64,000 nucleotides of DNA from Octopus sinensis (lineage: Eukaryota): contig NC_043005.1 of NCBI RefSeq assembly GCF_006345805.1, positions 4,030,001 to 4,094,000 of the forward strand. Reading direction: 5' to 3'. A program made the translations under genes and the position numbers. Below, piece by piece: positions 38,645 through 48,907 of the stretch. The stretch's first letter is position 1; every line of letters starts with the position of its first letter. The notes under the pieces were generated by a model. That model had not been told where the DNA came from and ran no database searches. It was given only the letters and a program-made list of their open reading frames with translations.

Positions 38645-38933
38645 CTGTGGAGCCATATGGCCTAGTGGTTAGAGCAGCAGACTTGCAGTCGAGGGATCAA
38701 GAGTTTGAATCTAAAACCGGGTGATGTGTGTGTTTATGAGCAAAACAGAAGGTAATGGTGAACTTCTGCTGACTCTTTTGCTACAACTTTCTCTCACTCT
38801 TTCCTCCTGCATCTATCAGCTCACCTGTGACGGACCGATGTCCAGTCCAGGTGAGGAGCCTATACACCAATGAAACCAGGAAACCAGCCCTTGTGAGCCA
38901 GGCATGGCTCAAGAAAGAACAAACAACAACAAC
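38645..38933 (+). mobile_element. tRNA-derived SINE (family E) with 11-bp TSD
   Basis: Head TGGCCTAGTGGTTAGAGCAGCAGAC, (CAA)n tail, TSD ACATTAGCTGA at 38634-38644 and 38934-38944. Confidence 0.85.
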
Positions 38934-39554
38934 ACATTAGCTGATTGATAAATAAGGGGCAATGAAGTAAGTGACTGACTGAAATAAATATATCAATATA
39001 TGTAATACAATGTAAATAATGTCATACAAAGCAGCACTGAATGAAATATGTTTGATGCACTCTGATGTGAGAGGACAACAGAGCCAGTCCCAAGAGAAAA
39101 TTGTTCTCTTAGATATTTGTAAAGACACAAGATGGGCTGCGAGTGATGTAATTCTTTTTTTAAATTCTAGCTTGTGTTTTTACATACATCAAAGAGAAGT
39201 TGACAGCTCGTGTTGGTCAACCACATGGTCCAGGCAGATGAGGAGGAATGTCACAGGGATGAGGACTGACTGGGACTCTGCTTGACATGTCGACATGGGA
39301 GAACCCAGGAATATACTGACAAATGGTGAATGCAGTGCATGCCCCAACACCTGACCTGATCTGATTAATTCTACAGCAAGGTCTTTTCATATACAACTGC
39401 ACACAAACATGTTGCATGTGACTTTCCATGAATGCATATATATCTAATACTATATTTTTGGTTAAATGTGTGCATGCGAGCATGTGCTTGTGTGTGTGTG
39501 TGTGTGTGTTTGTGTGTGTGTGTGACTATCTTTTTTTTTTTCCAGTAATAATAA

Positions 39555-39790
39555 TTGTTTCAAATTTTGGCACAGGCCAGCAATTTTAAGAGGAGGGGAT
39601 TAGTCAATTATATCAACCCCAGAACTTGACTGATACTGAATTTTATTGAGTCCCAAAAGGATCAAAGGCAAAGTTGACCTCCATAGGTTTTCAACTCAAA
39701 ATGTACCCCCACCCCCAACCCCGGAGGTAAGAAATGTCACTTAAGCATTTTAACTGATGTGCTAATGATTCTGCTAGCTCACCACCTTTA
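39555..39790 (-). mobile_element. SINE family A, degraded
   Basis: AAAGGCAAAGTTGACC...GATTCTGCTAGCTCACCACC. Confidence 0.65.
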
Positions 39791-40859
39791 ATTCAACTAA
39801 TAATTAATCCTTTTCACACACACACATACAAATATAGTAACAGATTAATTAATTGTGTACATGTCACTTGACAGGCCATGTTCCATTGAACGAGTCAGAA
39901 CAAGAAATTGTTCAGGAAAGTACCATTGTTTTGTTGTCAGGATGTAGTTGGTGTGGTTTCTCTCTGATTTCAATCCTAATCTGAGAATTTACACCAAAAT
40001 AACTGCAGCATCAGTAGCTTCCTCTTCTCACTCACCCTATTCTTCTCCTCCTCCTCCTCCTTTCTCCAACTGCTGTTGCTTATACTCTTATCACTACTGC
40101 TGCATTAAAGGCAGCAAGCTGGCAGAATTGTTAGAGTGTCAAGACAAAACACATAGCAGCATTTCTTCTGGTTCTGAGTTCAAATTCCAACATTATCTTC
40201 CATTTCTTTGCGCTTTATATAATCAACTAATCCTCCCCTTAAAAGTTGCTGGCCTTGTCCCAAAATTTAAAATCTTTATCCTTGTTGCGTTTACTGATTA
40301 ACCTCATGCAATCTTGATCAAATGTATCAGCCTACTGTCTTAAAATGAATGTAACAACTCAGGTAACAAAGTAGTTTTTGATATAGAAAAAAATACAAAA
40401 GGTGTGTCTGAAACATCTTTGTGATTATTATTGTTGAAGGTATCTCTGCATGACTGCTCACGACTATATAGGCACCTTTGCTAGTTGTTTAAGGTGCCAG
40501 TGTAATGAAAGTAGTCAAGCATAGACACCCTCAAAAGTTGCATGTGTGTGTGTGTGTATGTATAAGTCAACATTCTAATATCCTAAAGCTGGCGAACCAA
40601 CTAATATGTTTCTCCATTTTCTTATTTGTAATATTAATTAATGGTAAAATATTTCTTTACCTTCACCCATTTAAATAAATAAGTAAGTTTATTGCATTGC
40701 AATTAAAAACACTTGTGTATTAATAATTAGGGTATTATATCAACAGTATATTGGATAAGTATTATCCCTTAGTGGATATCCACAACCCCAAACTTACTTG
40801 GTGGTATATATTTATATATATATATATAACAGAAGAGTAGAAAATTTTATCGTATTCCC

Positions 40860-41180
40860 CTTCTTGGCTTGGCTTCACTGACAAAGATTAGGAAGGCTGT
40901 TGTCCATGTTGTCTGCACGCTCATTCATGGCTGGTAAGGATGATATGAGATCGACATATCTCATTGCAATGATGATAGAGGTATGATTTCCAGCGTCTAA
41001 TAGTGCAGCTGTATTATTTTTTTTCACCTCTGACGTTTGTTTTCAAGAGAGGTACTGTGAGAGATCTCAAAGGAGGAAACAGCTGATGGTACAGCACCAA
41101 TCAACATGAACAGCTGTTAGAGTGGACCACTCATGATAAGCAATGTCACAAACATTAAGGGACTGCTTCAGGCAGTCCTA
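40860..41180 (-). mobile_element. BovB-type RTE LINE 3' fragment, old
   Basis: Minus strand DCLKQSLNVCDIAYHEWSTL..DW; + strand TTGGCTTGGCTTCACTGACAAAGA terminus. Confidence 0.55.
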
Positions 41181-41280
41181 TATATATGTAACAGAATAAT
41201 ATTCATTGTAGTTGAGGGTCACCAATTGTGACAGTAAATGTTGGAACGTCGAAGTCATCAACTGTAATGGTGCACACGGG

Positions 41281-41890
41281 ACTTAGATTCTCTCAAATAC
41301 CCAGGAGGTTCACTTAAGGTTGTAGATAGTTTCTGTTACCTAGGTGACCAAATTAGCAATGGTAGAGGATGCTCTGAAAGTATTGTTTCTAGAATAAGAA
41401 TTAGGTGGAAGTTCAGAGAGCTAATACCTCTGTCGGCAGCAAAAGGACTCTCTCTCAGAGTGAAAGGTAGAGTATATGATGCTTGTGAGCAAACGGCTAT
41501 ACTCTATGGTAGTAAGACATGGGCTCTGAATGCAGAAGACATGCATAGACTGGAGAGAAATGAAGGTACTATTCTCCACTGGATGTGCAACATTAGTATG
41601 CATGTACGACAAAGTGCAAATGTATTGAAAGAAAAGTTGGGCATAAGAGGAATCAAATGTAGCATGCAAGAGAGAAGACTACGTTGGTTTGGAGATGTGA
41701 TGTGTATGAATGAGGACAGCTGCATAAAGAAGTGTTGATCACTAAAAGTGGATGGTATCCATGGAAGAGGGAAACCCAGTAAGATATGGGATGAAGTGGT
41801 AAGGACCGATGTCAGGATGTTGGGCCTTACGGAGGAAACAACAATGGACTGAGCTGTCTGGTAATATGAAGTTCTTGAGAAGATCCACCC
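41281..41890 (+). mobile_element. RTE LINE C-terminal fragment; degraded 3' UTR continues to about 42700
   Basis: VVDSFCYLGDQ and ORF 41460..41738 (ERRLRWFG). Confidence 0.85.
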
Positions 41891-43259
41891 ACGTCAATGA
41901 AACTGAGTTCTAGAAGTGTTGTATGTCCCACCCACATTAAACAAGAAAATTTCTCTCACACTCTACCACAACAAACCAAACTACATCTCTTCTCTTCCTC
42001 ACATTTCCACTTCATGCACAAGGCCTACCTCCCACTCTCCAGTCCTGTCCACTTGGCCTTGTGCCACTGTATCATTACTATCCGCTAGCTTCTGACCTGC
42101 ATATTCCATGCATGCCCTGTCTCACTGTATCACTGCATATGCCCAGCACTTTGCCATCATCTCTATCCTGCTGTCTCCCCCTCTCTCTTTCCTTCTGCAT
42201 TTCCCTCAGATTGGGTAACCATGTTTTTCTGTTGTGGCAGCGCATGCATCTGTTTTTGTCTTTATTCCTGATCTCTCTCTCTCTCTCTCTCTCCTGTCTC
42301 ACTATAAGCTTTCATTATCCAACACAAGATCACCTCCTCCAATGCCCTCTCCGCTCTCAAAAGAGTTTTTTTATTTTGTCTAGAGAGTACTTAGTGATCC
42401 TGTCAGTGCAGATGCCACTTAAAAAGCGCCCAGTCCACATTATAAAGTGGTCGGCGTTTCAAAGGGCATCCAGCTGTAAAAACCTTGCCAAACCTGACCT
42501 TGCCTATGCTTGTTCCACGTAAAAATCACTAAGTCCACTCTGCCTAGTGGTTGGTGCTAGGAAGGGTATCCGGCTGTAAAAATCCTGCCAAAACAGTTGC
42601 AGAAGTCTGGTGCAGGCTTCTGCCTGGCCAGCTCTTCTTGTCAAACTGTCCTACCCATGCCAGTATGGAAGGTGGATGTTAAACGATAATGATGATGATA
42701 TTGAATGAAACAATAATCTGGCTTCAGCCAAGGCGGGCTACACTGAGAAAATTCAACATATTCCTGATGTGGATATTAAGAAGCTACACAAGGATGGAGA
42801 AATACATAAATAGAAGACAGGTGATAGTGGCCATAGTAATAATGGAAATAAAGGTACTAATGTTAGGAGAGTAAGATGAAAATTGTTGGTAAAAGGAAAT
42901 ACAGTGCAAATACAATAGCAAGATGAATAGTGCATATGGCAATGTGTAATGGTTGTGGTGTGCCAAGCTAGTTGAAATGCACATCAGCTAAATAAATCAT
43001 TGATAGTGCATTTTCAGTCTTTACACACACACACATGTGTGGGCCCACATGGCACAGAAGAAAATGAAGATATTAATATAGCCTCGTTTAATACTGGTTA
43101 CTATTGCTTCAGTACCATTCCAGTTCAAAACACATTAAGTATAATCAATTATGTGTAGTAAATTACATAAGAACTATATAAATTTATCCTTGGTTGAATA
43201 GTAAGCCTTGCTATATAGCATATTGTTTTTTTTTTTTGGTAGGATCAACAAAAAAAGTA

Positions 43260-43958
43260 TTCCATGACCTTCAAACATTGGGCCTCACTAAGGCAATGAC
43301 TAGTGACCGGGACCTCTGGAAATATGCTGTGCTTGTAAAGACTTGGCAAGCACGAGAGACCATAACCTCGTGGCCTATGCCAAGGGTGTAACCAGTCCAC
43401 TTATGCATGCCTTTCCTTCATTGGACACTAAACTCTGCTTGCAAAGACTTGTTGAGGCAAGTGAATTGGAATCGAAATCAAAATCAAATTCGATGACTGG
43501 CACCCGTGCTAGTGGAGCGCTAAGAGTACCATATAAGTGAGATCGTTACCAGAGCAACAAGCTGGCCTCTGTGCCAATGACACGTTAAAAAACCACCATT
43601 CGAGCGTGATCATTATCTTCATCGCCTTATTAGCACCTGTGCTGGTGGCACATAAAAAACATTCAAAGCGAGGTCATTGCCAGTGCCGCTGGACTGGCTC
43701 CTGTGCTGCTGGCACATAAAAAGCACCATCTGAGCGTGGCTGTTGCCAGTACCGCCTGACTGGCCCTCGTGCCGATGGCATGTAAAAGCACCCACTACAC
43801 TCTCGGAGTGGTTGGCGTTAGGAAGGGCATTGAGCTGTAGAAACTCTGCCAGATTAGATTGGAGTCTGGTGCAGCCAACTGGTTTACCAGTCCTCAGTCA
43901 AATCATCCAACCCATGATAGCATGGAAAGCGGATGTTAAACGATGATGATGATGATGA
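43260..43958 (+). mobile_element. RTE LINE ORF end plus complete 3' UTR
   Basis: HDLQTLGLTKAMTSDRDLWKYAVL, several GTGCNGGTGGCAC..AAAAGCACC units, (GAT)n tail. Confidence 0.9.
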
Positions 43959-44059
43959 TTAATATCCAAAGGATTTAATGGCAAGCTACTATGAGGTTCA
44001 TGCCACTGATAATACAATGGTCAGATGAGTTTGTATAGCATGCCATGTATTATCAGCTA

Positions 44060-44765
44060 ATTTTTAGCAACAGAAGAGTATTAATACCAAAAGGTAGTCT
44101 TTCTATCCAACTTAATGTAGAGGTATTGTTAGAATACTGAATACAGTAATATTTTTCCTGAGAGGTCCCCTCATATAGACATCTAGTGCATAAAAGCATA
44201 GACATATATCATAGCAGACAAGAAAAGTCTAGCACAGGCATTGGAACTATCAGATCATGATTTCAGTGAACTGCACTTCTTCAGTGACAGGCATCCAACA
44301 CCATATACCAGCCAAGGCTTGCTGCCAACAATATATAGAACTAAAGTGTCTTTTCAATCACTGATGTCACAAATAGTCAGAAGGTTTATTAAAAAATAAT
44401 TGTTAGCAACAGAAGCAGTATTAATGGCAAAAGGTAATCTTTATTTACAACTTTACGTGGATGTATTGGTAGAACGTGAAGTGCCGTGTTATTCGTCCTG
44501 AGCGGTCCTCTCATGGGCACTTGAAATTCTATATACTGTTGGTAGTGAGATTTGGCTGGTAGGCAAACCTGCCACTGAAGAAGTACAGAAATCAAGTAAT
44601 TTGGCAGTTCTGACGCCCATGTCAGACGATTCTCATCAGCTATGTATATGTCCGTGCCTGTATACACCATACGTCTATGAGAGGCCTTTTGCGGGGCCAA
44701 TACTGCAGTATTTGTGTTCTAACAATACATCCATGTTAAAATAGATATAAAGATTGCCTTTATGA
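44060..44765. repeat. Three diverged copies of a ~110-bp sequence (two direct, one inverted)
   Basis: AAAGGTA(G/A)TCTTT...GTATTG(T/G)TAGAA at 44090 and 44430; reverse complement at 44670-44762. Confidence 0.55.
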
Positions 44766-46409
44766 TAGTGACATTTAGCATTTGTGGATGTGTAATTTTT
44801 TAAAAACGCAACAGCCTGACAACCCTTTATGATTAATACAATATAGTTTAAATGTTTTTCTTGGCCTCAGGAGAAAGAAACTTTCATCTGCTCTTGTGTT
44901 GTTGTCGTCTGCCTTAGTCATTCTACATTTTCTCATCTTTCATCTTCTATCTTTCATTTTCTATCGCTTTCCTTCTTCTTCCGTCTTCTTAAGTCTTCTT
45001 CCGCTTCCATATATCTTTCTCTACTATCTTGTGTCTTTCATTTCCGTCATCATTTTATTCTTCTTCTGCTCTTCTTCTTTTCCATCCTTCATCAGTTTGA
45101 ACACCTGAGGATGTCTCTCAACAGTGCCAAGCTTACTTTTCAACAAACGACATATCTTTATCAGAAGTATGCGGCTGTTGTTCTTATTGTTGTTGCGTCA
45201 GTATTTCATTCAACATCAAGAAATAGATTTTAAGCACAGAGTAAAAGAAAAATAACAGAAAAATAAACAAACCCAAGCTGAGATTACACCCTTATTATAC
45301 AATATTATTTTTATATTTTATGTTATTTTATCTTATATTTCGTTTTTTTTCATTATATGTCATTTTCTCAGAGCGTGTGAGAATCGAAAGTTTCGTTTTT
45401 ACACCTCATCCATTCATTGTCATTTCCCCTCTCTCACCCCAACATACAAACCTCACAACTGTTTTTACTATATGGTGGTGGGGGAACGTATGACATTATT
45501 TCCGTTTTGATGGAATATATACCCCCATGAGGAAATGTTCTCTCTTTATTCTCTCCCCCGCACTTAGTCATATATTAAACCAAGGCAAACAGATGCCAGT
45601 GGATGCCACGCGAACATTGAAGGGGTTTTATTTGACTGACTTGGCAGGCCGTTTAACGGAAAGTTAAATGAAATAAACATTAAACCGAACAGAACTGATA
45701 TCATCTCAACTCAACTTCATTAAACCAATAAAGCCAAAAACATATCAATTTTATCTGCTTGTCTGTCTGTCAAACATACATACGCACACTAACAGCAAAG
45801 CGCATGAACAAACAGGAAAAAAATTAAATATATTTGAAAAGGAGAGAGAAACACATTGACAGGCGCTGTAGCAAACCCTAAATATATTTTGAACCCAGTC
45901 AGAAGACCTGTTTCTTAAACTGGTTCCATTTGGTAAACCACACTGTGATATATCTGATTATCTTCTCTCTTAAGTTAGCGAGCACACAGGGAGTATAGTC
46001 AGTCATCACTTACATATGAACGAGTATGGTTTGGTAAACATAGCATCGATTTACTAAAAGGATTAAATGCCTATGTAATCACGAGCAGACACGGATCCCC
46101 TTTCGACCCTCCCACGCTTGATCCAGTGGTACAGTAAGGATATGAGAGCTGGGAGGTGAGAGACGGAATCAGAAGGCTGCACAAGCTGGTACTCATTTTC
46201 AGCTGTATCGATTGGAACAACATGAAATGTCTTGCTCAAGGAGATAATGCTTGTCCCAATGCATTGGGTGAATTGAGCAAAACAACAAATGATCACAGTC
46301 CAGGCATTCTCACCACTGGCAACACATCTTCACTACACACACACACACACCCAACCCCAAACATACACACACACACACATATATATATATATACACAAAT
46401 ATACACATG

Positions 46410-46690
46410 TGAAGGTACATAGTCTAGTAGTCAGGTGTGTTGCATTCACAACCTCATGATTGTGGTTTCAGTTCTCAGACCAGCTGTGCATTGTGTTCTT
46501 GAGCAAAACACTCCATTTCATGTTACTCCAGTCCACTCATCTGCAACAGACTAGCCTTCTGATCAGGGGCAATGTTGGCCTGCTCACTTGACCAGCAGAG
46601 TGGCATCATTCAAATGCTAAAATGATGCAAAATGCATTGTGTCCAGCAATGTATAACAGCATCCAATAGTTTGGTTGGTCATGTGATTAT
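46410..46690 (+). mobile_element. SINE family D
   Basis: TTCTTGAGCAAAACACTCCATTTCATGTTACTCCAGTCCACTC. Confidence 0.6.
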
Positions 46691-46699
46691 GTAATAAAC

Positions 46700-46732
<33 letters not shown>

Positions 46733-46831
46733 ATATTATATATATATATATATACACATACATATATATATATATATACATATATTATACACATACATAT
46801 ATATATATATATATATACATACATATATAAT

Positions 46832-46882
<51 letters not shown>

Positions 46883-46948
46883 TATATTATATATATATAT
46901 ACATATACATATATATATATACATATACATATATACATATATATATAC

Positions 46949-46983
<35 letters not shown>

Positions 46984-46987
46984 CACA
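46700..46987. repeat. (TA)n microsatellite
   Basis: Direct reading. Confidence 0.95.
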
Positions 46988-47213
46988 CATCATTATCATC
47001 ATCGTTTAACGTCCGTTTTCCGCGCTAGCACGGGTTGGACGGTTTGACCGGGGTCTGGGGAGTCAGGGGCTGCTCCAGGCTCCAGTCTGATCTGGCAGTG
47101 TTTCTACAGCTGGATGCCCTTCCTAACGCCAACCACTCCGCGAGTGTAGTGGGTGCTTTTTACATGCCACCTGCACAGGTGCCAGAGGGGTCTGGCATCG
47201 GCCACGATCGGTT

Positions 47214-48800
47214 GGTGCTTTTTATGTGCCACCGGCACAGAAGCCAGTCAAGGCGGTGCTGGCATCGGCCACGTTTGGATGGTGCTTTTTATGTGCCACC
47301 GGCACAGAAGCCATTCGAGGCAGGGTTGGCATCGGTCAGGTTCGGATGGTGCTTTTTATGTGCCACCGGCAAAGAAGCCAGTCAAGGCGGTGCTGGCATC
47401 AGCCACGTTCGGATGGTGCTTTTTATGTGCCACCGGCACAGAAGCCATTCAAGGTGGTGCTGGCATCGGCCACGTTCGGATGGTGCTTTTTATGTGCCAC
47501 CGGCACAGAAGCCATTCGAGGCAGGGTTGGCATCGGTCAGGTTCAGATGGTGCTTTTTATGTGCCACCGGCACAGAAGCCAGTCGAGGCGGTGCTGGCAT
47601 CAGCCACGTTCGGATAGTGCTTTTTATGTGCCACCGGCACAGAAGCCATTCAAGGTGGTGCTGGCATCGGCCACGTTCGGATGGTGCTTTTTATGTGCCA
47701 CCGGCACAGAAGCCATTCGAGGCAGGGTTGGCATCGGTCAGGTTCAGATGGTGCTTTTTATGTGCCACCGGCACAGAAGCCAGTCGAGGCGGTGCTGGCA
47801 TCAGCCACGTTCGGATAGTGCTTTTTATGTGCCACCGGCACAGAAGCCATTCAAGGTGGTGCTGGCATCGGCCACGTTCGGATGGTGCTTTTTATGTGCC
47901 ACCGGCACAGAAGCCATTCAAGGTGGTGCTGGCATCGGCCACGTTCGGATGGTGCTTTTTATGTGCCACCGGCACAGAAGCCATTCGAGGCAGGGTTGGC
48001 ATCGGTCAGGTTCAGATGGTGCTTTTTATGTGCCACCGGCACAGAAGCCAGTCGAGGCGGTGCTGCTGGCATCAGCCACGTTCGGATAGTGCTTTTTATG
48101 TGCCACCGGCACAGAAGCCATTCAAGGTGGTGCTGGCATCGGCCACGTTCGGATGGTGCTTTTTATGTGCCACCGGCACAGAAGCCATTCGAGGCAGGGT
48201 TGGCATCGGTCAGGTTCAGATGGTGCTTTTTATGTGCCACCGGCACAGAAGCCAGTCGAGGCGGTGCTGGCATCAGCCACGTTCGGATAGTGCTTTTTAT
48301 GTGCCACGGCACAGAAGCCATTCAAGGTGGTGCTGGCATCGGCCACGTCGGATGGTGCTTTTTATGTGCCACCGGCACAGAAGCCATTCAAGGTGGTGCT
48401 GGCATCGGCCACGTTCGGATGGTGCTTTTTATGTGCCACCGGCACAGAAGCCATTCGAGGCAGGGTTGGCATCGGTCAGGTTCAGATGGTGCTTTTTATG
48501 TGCCACCGGCACAGAAGCCAGTCGAGGCGGTGCTGGCATCAGCCACGTTCGGATAGTGCTTTTTATGTGCCACCGGCACAGAAGCCATTCAAGGTGGTGC
48601 TGGCATCGGCCACGTTCGGATGGTGCTTTTTATGTGCCACCGGCACAGAAGCCATTCGAGGCGGGGTTGGCATCGGTCATGTTCGGATGGTGCTTTTTAT
48701 GTGCCACCGGCACAGAAGCCATTCAAGGTGGTGCTGGCATCGGCCACGTTCGGATGGTGCTTTTTATGTGCCACCGGCACAGAAGCCAGTCGAGGCTGCA
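47214..48800. repeat. 67-bp tandem array (about 24 units) with 201-bp higher-order repeat in the LINE 3' UTR
   Basis: Unit starts at 47281, 47348, 47415, 47482 and so on; three variants mostly cycle B-A-C. Confidence 0.95.
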
Positions 48801-48907
48801 CTGTCAAGGCTTTTTATGTGTCACAGGCACAGGTATCACAACTACTACTGTTTCCATTGATATTTGGTTCGATGTTCATGTACATGCACTTAACTCAACA
48901 GGTCTCC

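Noticed and set aside
44880-45200. Purine-rich minus-strand stretch resembling K/E-rich coding sequence
   Set aside because: Low complexity with frequent stops.
47214-48800. CRISPR-like look (constant palindromic part plus variable part)
   Set aside because: The variable parts are three recurring homologous variants, not unique spacers; there are no cas genes and the context is eukaryotic.
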